64,000 nt of DNA from contig DATIPA010000119.1 of the NCBI GenBank assembly GCA_035472475.1, forward strand, positions 330-64,329, in the 5' to 3' direction. Under the pieces are notes generated by a model, which did no database searches, had not been told where the DNA came from, and saw nothing but the letters and a program-made list of their open reading frames with translations. This document shows positions 1 to 8,789 of this stretch, one piece after another. A program made the position numbers and the translations under genes. How positions within the stretch are numbered: the first letter of the stretch is position 1; each line of letters starts with the position of its first letter. Source of the DNA: Xanthobacteraceae bacterium. GTDB taxonomy: Bacteria > Pseudomonadota > Alphaproteobacteria > Rhizobiales > Xanthobacteraceae.

Positions 1-65
1 ACGCGGTGTTCCCGTTTCCGCGTCCGGAACCCCGGACGTCATAGAGGCAAACAAACAGCCGCATC

Positions 66-1361
66 CTATTCGGCGGCGGTCATGTGTGGTGTTGCGGGCG
101 GTTTGCCGCCGAGCATGCGCCAGTCGGTAGTCTTGGGGACCACCCCTTCGAACGACGCGATATCCGCATGCGGGATGTGCGGCTGCGTGGTGCCGAGCGC
201 AGGGCCGCCGTCGCGCATGGTTTTTGCGGCATCAAGCATCAGGCGCCGAAAGCGCGCCACCGCGATATCGCTGGTGCCGAGCCAATCCTTGCTGCGATCG
301 GCAATGCGACCCATCGTCTCCCACATGGCGATGTCCTGGTTGGGAATGCCGGTGATGCCGGTGAAGTTGCCGCGCTTCATTGCGTCGCGATCCTGCCCGA
401 AGTTGTTGGCGATCGTGCGCAGGTTGTGGAAATCGGCGGTGAGATCGACGCCGGGCTGGGCGTGATTGAACTTGCGCCAGGCTTCCTGGTCGATGCCCGG
501 CTTCTCGCCGTCGCTCCAGCCGATGAAATAGAACGCGGTGTTGATGTCGTCCTCCGGCACGATCACGGTCGCAATGTTGTAGGCATTGTTGGGCGGGATC
601 AGGCACGTGAACGGCGCGATATAGACGGTTGTGCGCACGTAGTCGTGGGTCTCGGGATTATGGATCGGCTTGCGGATCGCCGCGTAGCGAAACCCGTAGC
701 TGGTGTTTTCGCATTGCATGCGCGGCGCCTTGTCGGTCGAGGGCCGCAGCCAGGTGGTGTCGGTCGCCTTGGCGGCATCGACATTGGCCGGCACCATGTC
801 GGAGGAATGCAGGCTCGAGGAATGCGCCGAATCGATCTGGCCTTCGAGGATTTGCGCCCAATTACACGGCACGTGGATTTTAACGGTCGACATCCGCGCC
901 TGCGGGGTGGGCGCGAACGCCGGCGCTTCGAACGCCGGCATGGTGTCGGCCGGACCCATGTAGGTCCAGATGAAGCCCGCGGCCTCATGCGCCGGATAGG
1001 CCTTGTGTTTGATCTTGTCGGTGATCCGGCTTCCGGGCGGCTCGGACGCCATCTCCAGGATGTTGCCGTCCACGTCGACTTTCCAACCGTGATAGAGGCA
1101 CCGCAGCCCGCACTCCTCGTTGCGCCCCAGCACAAGTGAGGCGCGGCGGTGCGGACAATGTTCGTCGAGCACGCCGATCCGGCCGTTGCTGTCGCGAAAC
1201 GCCACCAGCTCCTCGCCCAGGAGGCGAACGCGCACCGGCGCGCCGTCGGGCTCGGCCAACTCTTCGGCGAGGCAGGCCGGCATCCAGTGCCGCCGCATCA
1301 GGTGGCCCATCGGGGCGTCGCCGGTCACGCGGCACAAGAGGTCGTTCTCTTCCCGGGTCAT
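66..1361 (-). CDS. Rieske [2Fe-2S] non-heme-iron ring-hydroxylating oxygenase, alpha subunit (VanA/phthalate-dioxygenase-like)
   Basis: ORF 66..1391. Rieske motif CPHRRASL...CLYHGW lies near the N-terminus. Start moved to ATG 1361 (MTREEN...), which has GGGAGGA upstream and aligns with the paralog at 16232..17560. Confidence 0.85.
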   Translation of the reverse strand: MTREENDLLCRVTGDAPMGHLMRRHWMPACLAEELAEPDGAPVRVRLLGEELVAFRDSNGRIGVLDEHCPHRRASLVLGRNEECGLRCLYHGWKVDVDGNILEMASEPPGSRITDKIKHKAYPAHEAAGFIWTYMGPADTMPAFEAPAFAPTPQARMSTVKIHVPCNWAQILEGQIDSAHSSSLHSSDMVPANVDAAKATDTTWLRPSTDKAPRMQCENTSYGFRYAAIRKPIHNPETHDYVRTTVYIAPFTCLIPPNNAYNIATVIVPEDDINTAFYFIGWSDGEKPGIDQEAWRKFNHAQPGVDLTADFHNLRTIANNFGQDRDAMKRGNFTGITGIPNQDIAMWETMGRIADRSKDWLGTSDIAVARFRRLMLDAAKTMRDGGPALGTTQPHIPHADIASFEGVVPKTTDWRMLGGKPPATPHMTAAE

Positions 1362-1411
1362 CGCAATCCTCCCGCGGCACAAAGACAGCAACGCAAACGT
1401 GGCTTGATTAT

Positions 1412-1438
1412 TCTTAGCCCTCTAAGATAAAATCTTAG
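1412..1438. promoter_or_regulatory. Candidate MarR-type operator in the divergent Rieske/marR intergenic region
   Basis: Inverted repeat TCTTAG-CCCT-CTAAGA (1412-1427) plus a third TCTTAG at 1433-1438, 21 nt from the first. It overlaps an AT-rich TTGATT...ATAAAA promoter-like stretch. Confidence 0.4.
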
Positions 1439-1466
1439 CGAATTTCTCCTCTTCGGTCCAGAGGCT

Positions 1467-2057
1467 ATGGCCACCGCCAAACCCCGCAACAGTTCGCACG
1501 CCGAAACCGTGCTGCGGCACTGGCGCGAAGCCGTCCCCAACGATCGGCTGGCGCATCTCGTCAAGGACGCAACCCGCGGACTCATCCGCGCGCTCACCAT
1601 GCGGCTTGCCGAGCACCAGGTCGCGTTCGGCCACTGGGCGTTCCTGCGCATCCTATGGGAGACCGACGGCCTGACCCAGCGCGAGCTCAGCCTGCAGGCC
1701 GGGGTCATGGAGCCGACGACGTTCGCCGCGATCAAGGCGATGGAGAAACTCGGCTACGTCGCGCGCAAGCAAATGCCGTCGAGTCGCAAGAACGTCTACG
1801 TGTTCCTCACGCCCACGGGCCGGGCGTTGAAGGGAAAGCTCGTGCCGCTCGCCGAAGAGGTCAACCGAATCGCGGTGCGCGGCGTTAGCGCAGCCGACAT
1901 CGCGGTGACGCGGCAAACGCTGCTGGCGATGATCGAGAACCTCGCGCTCGATGAAGCCGACGCGCACAAGCGCGAACAACGGGTGCCGTCGACCCGGCAA
2001 ATGGCGCGTCTCCTCGCCGACGCGGGCAGCGGCGCGCGACGCGCGCGGCGAGCTTGA
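1467..2057 (+). CDS. MarR family transcriptional regulator
   Basis: 196-aa ORF with a winged-helix MarR pattern (LTQRELSLQAGVMEPTTFAAIKAMEKLGYVARK...VFLTPTGR). Divergent from the Rieske oxygenase gene. Confidence 0.85.
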   Translation: MATAKPRNSSHAETVLRHWREAVPNDRLAHLVKDATRGLIRALTMRLAEHQVAFGHWAFLRILWETDGLTQRELSLQAGVMEPTTFAAIKAMEKLGYVARKQMPSSRKNVYVFLTPTGRALKGKLVPLAEEVNRIAVRGVSAADIAVTRQTLLAMIENLALDEADAHKREQRVPSTRQMARLLADAGSGARRARRA

Positions 2058-2070
2058 TCGAAAACGGCCG

Positions 2071-3312
2071 CTAGGCCGCGAGGTTGCCGAACTTCGCGAG
2101 ATTCTCGCGCTGCTTCTCATTGCGCGGCGCAAGCTTGAACAGCCGGGCCGCCGTGCCGCCCAGGATGTTGTGTTTGGCCTTCTCCGAGATGAACTTGAGA
2201 TCGTAGATCGTGCTCGGCAGGTCGAAGTCCCAGTGCGGATAGTCGGAGGAATAAAGCAGCTGGGTCTCCGCGTTGATCATGCGGAACGTGCATTCGAGCG
2301 CCTGCAGGTCCTGCGTCTCCATCGGCTGCGAGGAGTAGTACATGTCGCGCATGTAGTCGCTCGGCTTCTTCTTGAGCACCGGCGCCTCCGAGGGCCGCAG
2401 CATGTATTCATGGTCGAGCCGCTGCATCAGAAACGGGATCCAGGCGAGGCCGGCCTCGACCCAGATCACCGGCAGTTTTGGAAAGCGCTGGCCCATCCCA
2501 TTGATCACCCAGTTGGTGCAATGCAAGATGTTGTAGAACGAAAAGCCCAGCGCATGGACCGAGAGGAAACGGTTGCAGCCCTTGAACACCGGCTCGCCCC
2601 AGTTCACGCCCGAATGGAACGCGAGCGCGAGGCCGCGTTCCTCAATGGCGCGGTAGACTTTCATGTAGGCGTTGTCGTGCACCGGCAGGGTGCGCACGGT
2701 CGTGACCATGAATCCGGTCACGCCCTTGCGGTCGCCGAACTGCTCGACGTGGCGCAGGCTGGCATCCGGGTCGGAGAACGGCAGGTTGAGCATCGAATAA
2801 AGGCGACCATCGGAATCCGGCAGCACCTTTTCGGTGATCCAGCGGGCGTAGGCCCAGCACAGCTCGACTTCCATCTCCTTCTGCGGATGGGTGCCGAGGC
2901 TGAGCATTCCGGTTGGGAACAGACAGGAGTAGTCGACCCCCATCGCATCCATCCAGCGCTCGCCGAGCTGCACGTCGCGGATCTTGCCGGGCTCGGTCTT
3001 TTCAGATGAGCGCAGCGGGTAGCGCGTGACGCGGCCGCCCATGTCCTGGTAGCCGACCTGGCCGGGCACCAGGCTGGTGGCGCGTGGACCCTTGCCGAGA
3101 TTCGCAAGCGAGAGTTGACGGAAAACGTCGTTCTCCATGAACGGAACGATCTCGCTCATGTGCTCCATTTCATAATGGTGCGCGTCGACGTCGACGATCA
3201 GAACATCGTCAAACTTGCGCTGGTGCGCCTGCTGGCGCGCATGAGCCAGGAGTCGGGTGGTGTTGAGTTCATCGACCGATACCCGCCGGCCACGATCGGA
3301 AACGAGGTCCAT
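2071..3312 (-). CDS. Amidohydrolase family protein (amidohydrolase_2 / ACMSD-like metal-dependent hydrolase or decarboxylase)
   Basis: 413-aa ORF with AAGGAGG SD upstream of ATG 3312. Motifs VDVDAHHYE and SSDYPHWDFD are typical of the amidohydrolase-2 superfamily. Confidence 0.8.
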   Translation of the reverse strand: MDLVSDRGRRVSVDELNTTRLLAHARQQAHQRKFDDVLIVDVDAHHYEMEHMSEIVPFMENDVFRQLSLANLGKGPRATSLVPGQVGYQDMGGRVTRYPLRSSEKTEPGKIRDVQLGERWMDAMGVDYSCLFPTGMLSLGTHPQKEMEVELCWAYARWITEKVLPDSDGRLYSMLNLPFSDPDASLRHVEQFGDRKGVTGFMVTTVRTLPVHDNAYMKVYRAIEERGLALAFHSGVNWGEPVFKGCNRFLSVHALGFSFYNILHCTNWVINGMGQRFPKLPVIWVEAGLAWIPFLMQRLDHEYMLRPSEAPVLKKKPSDYMRDMYYSSQPMETQDLQALECTFRMINAETQLLYSSDYPHWDFDLPSTIYDLKFISEKAKHNILGGTAARLFKLAPRNEKQRENLAKFGNLAA

Positions 3313-3339
3313 GAGCTGCCTCCTTGATTCGTCGATTTG

Positions 3340-3768
3340 TCAGCGTCCGGTCCAGCTCTGCCACATGCCGAGCTCGAACACGGCCAAATTGGCGGAGCGC
3401 AGGATCCCACTTGCGGTTGTCATCACGGCGGTCGGTGGAACGCTTTGTGGCTTAACAGGAACATATTGCTGGCCGGCTTCGACCTGGGCCGAATAGACGT
3501 TGCAGGCGGCGGCCATCAGCGCCTGCACGGCCTGCGGGGTGAGCACATCGATCGAACCCGCCGCGAGCCCGCGCTCGACCTCGGCCGCGAGCCGCAGCGC
3601 CGCGCTCGACACGTTCACCGCGTCCCGCAACAGGCCCTCAGGGGCGGCGGCCGATTTGGCAACCGGCTTCGCGGCAGCAGCTTTCAGGGCGCTGGCTTTA
3701 GGCGGACGCTTTGGCGGCACCACTTTTCGACCGCTGCCACGCGCTGCCGAAGTCCTAGGCGACGACAT
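3340..3768 (-). CDS. Hypothetical protein with a Lys/Ala/Pro-rich N-terminus
   Basis: 142-aa ORF with strong GC3 bias in frame and GGAGAGGA upstream of ATG 3768. It overlaps the stop of the upstream Rieske ferredoxin gene by 14 nt. No family recognised. Confidence 0.55.
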   Translation of the reverse strand: MSSPRTSAARGSGRKVVPPKRPPKASALKAAAAKPVAKSAAAPEGLLRDAVNVSSAALRLAAEVERGLAAGSIDVLTPQAVQALMAAACNVYSAQVEAGQQYVPVKPQSVPPTAVMTTASGILRSANLAVFELGMWQSWTGR

Positions 3769-4126
3769 AGAGATCCTCTCCGCGCTGCACGACCTGATAC
3801 TTGCGCAGCTTGAGGCTGCGGTCCGACACGCATTCGCCGGTCTTCATGTCGTATTCGTAGCCGTGCCAGGGACAGACGAAGTGCTGCTCGTCTTCGGAGA
3901 AATACAGCCCGCGTGAAGTCTGATCGGGCATGATGCGCTCTTCGACCTTGGCGATGATGAGGCCCTCGCACGCCGGCCCACCTCGGTGAAGGCAGTAATT
4001 GCTGTAGGCGTAGTACTTGCCCCTGTCGCGGAAGATCCCGACCTCGGTATTGCCGAGGAACACGATCCGGCGATCGCCATCCTTGAATTCCGACGCTTTG
4101 CCGACGAGCTTCTCCCGTTCCGCCAT
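3755..4126 (-). CDS. Rieske [2Fe-2S] ferredoxin-like protein
   Basis: C-terminal 123 aa of ORF 3755..4450 starting MAEREKL. Motifs CLHRGG and CPWHGYEY. The upstream extension of the ORF is Arg/Pro-rich and looks non-coding. Confidence 0.8.
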   Translation of the reverse strand: MAEREKLVGKASEFKDGDRRIVFLGNTEVGIFRDRGKYYAYSNYCLHRGGPACEGLIIAKVEERIMPDQTSRGLYFSEDEQHFVCPWHGYEYDMKTGECVSDRSLKLRKYQVVQRGEDLYVVA

Positions 4127-4266
4127 TCCTCTCGTTCTCCCTTGGCGAATCCGCGCCGGCCACCGCGCGACGCGATTTTCGCGCAATTTGCGCTTTCCGG
4201 GATGGCAAAGCAACCGTCGCGCGGGCATGCGCAACATGCACTCGGGCGGTCCCGAAGAATGGCGAA

Positions 4267-5076
4267 CTAGATCAGATCCGGATTTTGCGGCCCGTCGTAC
4301 TCGTCGCTGCAGAACGGGCCGCCCTGGAACCACTCGGCAATCGGATCCGTCGTAAGCTTGGCCTGCGCGGCCAGCGCTTCGTCGCGAAAATCCTCGCTCT
4401 TGCCTTGCGGACGGTAGCCGTGGCGGAACGCCGCCTCGTTGTCCCACCACCCGCGCGCATTGTCCGATACGCCGAAAAAGATCTCGTAGCGGATGTCCGG
4501 GTGCTCAAGCCCGATGCGCACCAATTGCACCAGGTCCTCGGGCTTGAGCCAGATCGACAATCGGCGCCGGTCGGCTGGAATATCCGTGAGGTTACCGATC
4601 CGAATGCAGGTCACGCGCAGTCCGTGCTTGAACGCGTAGAGCGCTGCCACCGCTTCGCCGAACGCCTTGCTCATGCCGTAGCGCGAATCCGGGCGGACCG
4701 GGTCGTTGACTCCGATGCGGCGGCCGCGCGGATAGAAGCCGACCGCGTGGTTCGAGGACGCAAACACCACGCGCTCGACGTGATGCCGGCGCGCGCTCTC
4801 GAACAAATTGTAGGTGCCGACGATGTTGGATTGCAGCATCGCGTCCCAGGGCGCCTCGCCCGAGATGCCGCCGAGATGCACGATCCCGTCGACGCCGGCC
4901 ACCGCCTCGTCGAGAGCTTTGGCGTCGGCGAGATCGGCTTCGACAAAATGCTCGTCATTGCGAAGATCGGCTGGCCGCTTGAGATCGCTCAGGCGCAGCT
5001 CATAGACGCTCTTGAGCAGGCTGCGCAGCCGCGTGCCGATCCCGCCGGCCGCGCCCGTGATCAGGACCGTTTGCAT
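4267..5076 (-). CDS. NAD-dependent epimerase/dehydratase family oxidoreductase, uronate-dehydrogenase (Udh)-like
   Basis: Start at ATG 5076 (MQTVLITGAAGGIGTR, Rossmann GxxGxxG). IVHLGGIS, FASSNHAVGFYP, YGMSKAFGE and GWWDN resemble Agrobacterium Udh as recalled. Confidence 0.75.
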   Translation of the reverse strand: MQTVLITGAAGGIGTRLRSLLKSVYELRLSDLKRPADLRNDEHFVEADLADAKALDEAVAGVDGIVHLGGISGEAPWDAMLQSNIVGTYNLFESARRHHVERVVFASSNHAVGFYPRGRRIGVNDPVRPDSRYGMSKAFGEAVAALYAFKHGLRVTCIRIGNLTDIPADRRRLSIWLKPEDLVQLVRIGLEHPDIRYEIFFGVSDNARGWWDNEAAFRHGYRPQGKSEDFRDEALAAQAKLTTDPIAEWFQGGPFCSDEYDGPQNPDLI

Positions 5077-5093
5077 GTGGGCCTCGCTCGCAA

Positions 5094-5876
5094 CTATTGG
5101 TCGCTGAGTTTCTGGGCAAGCTTGTGATACCGCGCGCGGCTGTTGGCAAGGTGGCGCCGCATCACAGCGCGCGCCTTCGACACCGCGTGCACGCGGATCG
5201 CCAGCATGATGTCGCGGTGCTCGTTCTGAATCCGGTCGAGATAAGCGCGCCGCTCGCCCGCCGTGCCGATCGTCACCCGGATGGTCTGGCGCGGGATGAT
5301 GAAGCGGCCCAGATAGTCGAGAAAACGCGCAAACTGCGGATTGCCGGCGGCCTCTGCGATCCGGCAATGAAACGCGAAATCCTCATCGACTGCGGCGTCG
5401 CCGCGGCCAATGGCAGCACGCATCGCTTCATAGGCACCTTCGATACGGCGCAGATCGGCCCCTGTCGCCCGTTCGGCCGCAAGACCCGCGGCCTCGACCT
5501 CGATGCCGGTGCGCAGCTCCATGACCTCGATCACATGCTGCAGGGACGCGAGCTCGTCGCCATCGATCCTAAATGGCCGGCGCGGCGTCTCCGCCACGAA
5601 TGCACCGACCCCTTGTCGTGTGATCACGAGGCCTTCGGCGCGCAGCGCCGCGACCGCCTCGCGCACCACGGTGCGGCTCACCCCGGTCGCCGCGATCAGT
5701 TCCTGCTCGGTCGGCAGCTGCGCGCCCGGCGCCAGCTCGCCACTCGTGATTTGCGCGGTCAGGCGCTCGATGAGAACGTGCGTCAAACTACGCGGCGCGG
5801 CCAGTGGGCCGAGGCCGCCCGCGGTAGCGGCGGAGGGCTTGGCTGGCCTTGACAGCGTTGGTCGTAAGGTCATCAT
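5094..5876 (-). CDS. GntR family transcriptional regulator (FadR/FCD subfamily)
   Basis: 260-aa ORF with an N-terminal wHTH (LPTEQELIAATGVSRTVVREAVAALRAEGLV) and a C-terminal FCD-like helical domain. Confidence 0.85.
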   Translation of the reverse strand: MMTLRPTLSRPAKPSAATAGGLGPLAAPRSLTHVLIERLTAQITSGELAPGAQLPTEQELIAATGVSRTVVREAVAALRAEGLVITRQGVGAFVAETPRRPFRIDGDELASLQHVIEVMELRTGIEVEAAGLAAERATGADLRRIEGAYEAMRAAIGRGDAAVDEDFAFHCRIAEAAGNPQFARFLDYLGRFIIPRQTIRVTIGTAGERRAYLDRIQNEHRDIMLAIRVHAVSKARAVMRRHLANSRARYHKLAQKLSDQ

Positions 5877-5969
5877 ATGATATGATCACTAGCATGGCGC
5901 CGGACCTGCGACAACTGGCGGGCCGCGGCCGATACGAGGAACGCAACGGCAACCGCAGGGAGGAATTCG

Positions 5970-6950
5970 ATGCAAGCGCGCACATTGGCGTTGGCGGCCG
6001 CGCTGAGCCTGGCCGCCGTTCCGGCATTCGCGCAGCAGAAGCTCATCCTCAAGGCCTCCGACGTTCATCCGGCCGGTTATCCGACCGTGGTCGCGGTCGA
6101 AAACCTCGGCAAGAAGCTCTCAGCCGCGACCAACGGCCGGCTCAGCGTGCAGATGTTCGCTGCGATGCAGCTCGGCGGCGAGAAGGAGGCGATCGAACAG
6201 GCGCAGATCGGCGCCATCCAGTTCGCGCGCGTCAGCGTCGGCGCGCTCGGACCGGTGATCGACGACCTCAATGTGTTTAACTTGCCGTTCCTGTTTCGCA
6301 ACACCGCGCACATGCAGAAGGTCATCGACGGACCAATCGGCCAGGAACTGCTCGACAAGGTGACCAACAATCCGAAGGCCGGGCTCATCGGCATCTGCTG
6401 GATGGATGCCGGCGCGCGCAGCGTCTACGACACCAAGCGGCCGATCAAGGCGATCTCTGACCTCAAGGGCCTCAAGGTGCGGGTGATGGGCAACCCGATG
6501 TTCGTCGACATGATGAACGCACTCGGCGGCAACGGCGTTGCCATGGGCTATGACCAGGTGTTCGCGGCGCTGCAGACCGGCGTGGTCGACGGCGCCGAGA
6601 ACAATCCGCCGAGCTTTGTATTCGATAACCATTACCAGGTCGCCAAGTACTACACCCTGACCGAACACCTGATCGTGCCGGAAATGCTGGTGTTCTCGCG
6701 CAAGACCTGGGATGGGCTCTCCAAGGACGATCAGGCGCTGCTCATGAAATTCGGCCGCGAGGCGCAGCTTGAGGAACGCGCGCTGTGGACGAAGTACGAG
6801 CAGGAAGCGCTCGACAAGGCCAAGGGCGCCGGCATTCAGGTGATCGAGATCGCCGACAAGACCCCGTTCCAGGATGCCGTGAAGCCGGTGTGGGACAAGT
6901 ACGGCCCCAAGTACGCCGAGATGATCAAGCGCATCGGAGCGGTTGAGTGA
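5970..6950 (+). CDS. TRAP transporter substrate-binding protein (DctP family)
   Basis: 326-aa ORF with a signal peptide (AAVPAFAQQ) and DctP-family sequence. Followed by small and large TRAP permeases. Confidence 0.9.
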   Translation: MQARTLALAAALSLAAVPAFAQQKLILKASDVHPAGYPTVVAVENLGKKLSAATNGRLSVQMFAAMQLGGEKEAIEQAQIGAIQFARVSVGALGPVIDDLNVFNLPFLFRNTAHMQKVIDGPIGQELLDKVTNNPKAGLIGICWMDAGARSVYDTKRPIKAISDLKGLKVRVMGNPMFVDMMNALGGNGVAMGYDQVFAALQTGVVDGAENNPPSFVFDNHYQVAKYYTLTEHLIVPEMLVFSRKTWDGLSKDDQALLMKFGREAQLEERALWTKYEQEALDKAKGAGIQVIEIADKTPFQDAVKPVWDKYGPKYAEMIKRIGAVE

Positions 6951-6974
6951 GCGTGCTGCTGTAATCGTGCGCGA

Positions 6975-7481
6975 GTGACCGGCGCCATGGCGCTCCTCTA
7001 TCGGCAGGCGATGGACGCGCTCTACGCCGTCTGCGCCATCGTGGCCGGGACCGCGCTGGTGCTGATCTCTGCCGTGATTCCGTGGGCGGTCTACACCCGC
7101 TACGTGATCAACCGCGCGGCGTCCTGGCCGGAGCCGACCGCGGTGCTGCTCACCATCGTGGTGACCTTCATCGGCGCGGCGGCTTGCTATCGGGTGCGCG
7201 CCCATATGAACGTCTCGTTCTTTGTCGGCCTGCTGCCGGCCGGCCCTCGGCGCGTGGCCGAGTTCATTGCCGAGTTGCTGGTCGGCACGATGGCGCTGTT
7301 CATGCTGTGGTATGGCGCAATCCTGGTCGACACCACCTGGTACAACACGATCGCCGACTTCCCGGCTCTCTCCGTCGGGGTGACTTACCTGCCGATCCCG
7401 ATCGGCGGCGCCTGCCTGTTGCTGTTCGTTGTTGAACGACTGCTGATCGGGGCGCCCGACATGCGCGTCGCAGTGCATTAG
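6975..7481 (+). CDS. TRAP transporter small permease (DctQ family)
   Basis: 168-aa hydrophobic ORF with 4 predicted TM segments between the DctP and DctM genes. GTG 6975 or ATG 6987 could be the start. Confidence 0.85.
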   Translation: MTGAMALLYRQAMDALYAVCAIVAGTALVLISAVIPWAVYTRYVINRAASWPEPTAVLLTIVVTFIGAAACYRVRAHMNVSFFVGLLPAGPRRVAEFIAELLVGTMALFMLWYGAILVDTTWYNTIADFPALSVGVTYLPIPIGGACLLLFVVERLLIGAPDMRVAVH

Positions 7482-7499
7482 CCGCGGCGCGACACACCC

Positions 7500-8789
7500 A
7501 TGGATATCGCGGTTCTCCTGATCACGATGTTCTTCTGCTTCGTGATCGGCGTTCCGATCGCCTATTCGCTCGCGCTCGCCGCCATTGCCGGCGCGTTCTG
7601 GATTGGCATTCCGCTCGAAGCCGTGATGCTGAAGATCTCCGACGGCGTCAGCAAGGTCGCCATGCTGACGATTCCGTTCTTCGTGCTCGCCGGCGCCATC
7701 ATGGCGGAGGGCGGCATGGCACGCCGCCTGGTCGCATTCGCCGACGTGCTGGTCGGGGTCACGCGCGTGCGCGGCGGGCTCTCGGTGGTCAACGTGCTTG
7801 CCACTACGTTTCTCAGCGGCATCTCGGGCTCGGCCGTCGCCGATACATCGGCGATCGGATCGGTGATGATTCCGCAAATGGAGAAGAGCGGATTTCCGCG
7901 CGTGTTCGCTACCAATGTGACGATCACCGCCTCGGTCCAGGCCCTCCTGGTGCCGCCGAGCCACAACGCCGTAATCTATTCGCTCGCAACCGGCGGCACC
8001 ATCTCGATCATCAGCCTGTTCATGGCGGGCGTCGTGCCGGGCCTGCTGCTAGGGCTCTCGCTGGTTGTGCTCGTCGTCGTCATCGCGTACCGCGACCGGC
8101 ATCCGCGCGGACAAACCGTGCCGCTCGGCGAAGCCGTCAAGATCACGATCGACGCGGCCTGGGGGCTGATCACACTCGTCATCATTCTGGGCGGGATTCT
8201 GGGCGGCGTCTTCACCGCGGTCGAGGCCGGCGCGGTTGCCTGCGTGTGGGCGTTCTTCGTCACCATGTTCATCTATCGCGACTACCGCTGGCGCGACCTG
8301 CCCGGGCTCGTTCACCGCACCTTGCGCACGGTGGCGATGGTCATGACCTTGATCGCGTGTGCCTCCAGCGTCGGCTACGTGATGGCGCTCACCCAGATGC
8401 CGGCGAAGATCACCGCGTTCTTTCTGACGATCTCCAGCGATAAGAACGTGATCCTGCTCCTGATCAACATTCTTTTGCTGGTGCTCGGATGCCTGGTCGA
8501 CATGGCGCCGTCGATCCTGATCTGCACCCCGATCCTGCTGCCCGTAATGGTGAATTTTGGCGTCGACCCGGTTCACTTCGGCATGATCATGCTGCTCAAC
8601 CTCGGGATCGGGCTCTGCCATCCGCCGGTAGGCGCGATCCTGTTCGTCGGCTGCGCGGTCGGCAAGGTCACGATCGAAGAGGTCATGCGCCGGATCTGGC
8701 CGTTCTACGGAGTCATGTTCATGGTGCTGATGCTGGTCACCTACGTGCCCAGCATCTCGCTGTGGCTGCCGCGGCTGTTGGGGCTCTAG
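7500..8789 (+). CDS. TRAP transporter large permease (DctM family)
   Basis: 429-aa polytopic membrane ORF typical of DctM. Confidence 0.9.
   Translation: MDIAVLLITMFFCFVIGVPIAYSLALAAIAGAFWIGIPLEAVMLKISDGVSKVAMLTIPFFVLAGAIMAEGGMARRLVAFADVLVGVTRVRGGLSVVNVLATTFLSGISGSAVADTSAIGSVMIPQMEKSGFPRVFATNVTITASVQALLVPPSHNAVIYSLATGGTISIISLFMAGVVPGLLLGLSLVVLVVVIAYRDRHPRGQTVPLGEAVKITIDAAWGLITLVIILGGILGGVFTAVEAGAVACVWAFFVTMFIYRDYRWRDLPGLVHRTLRTVAMVMTLIACASSVGYVMALTQMPAKITAFFLTISSDKNVILLLINILLLVLGCLVDMAPSILICTPILLPVMVNFGVDPVHFGMIMLLNLGIGLCHPPVGAILFVGCAVGKVTIEEVMRRIWPFYGVMFMVLMLVTYVPSISLWLPRLLGL

Noticed and set aside
20-37. Hairpin CGTCCGG-AACC-CCGGACG downstream of the first Rieske gene
   Set aside because: The 7-bp stem has no U-tract on the relevant (minus) strand and lies at the window edge. 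That is insufficient to call a terminator.
4127-4450. Long form of the Rieske ferredoxin ORF (231 aa)
   Set aside because: The upstream 108 codons are Arg/Pro/Gly-rich with no homology pattern and overlap the end of the Udh-like gene. The Rieske domain begins right after the internal ATG 4126.
6120-7964. 614-aa minus-strand ORF spanning the dctP-dctQ-dctM genes
   Set aside because: This is a shadow ORF typical of high-GC DNA. Its translation is Arg/His/Gly/Asp-rich low complexity, and it lies antisense to three well-supported TRAP genes.
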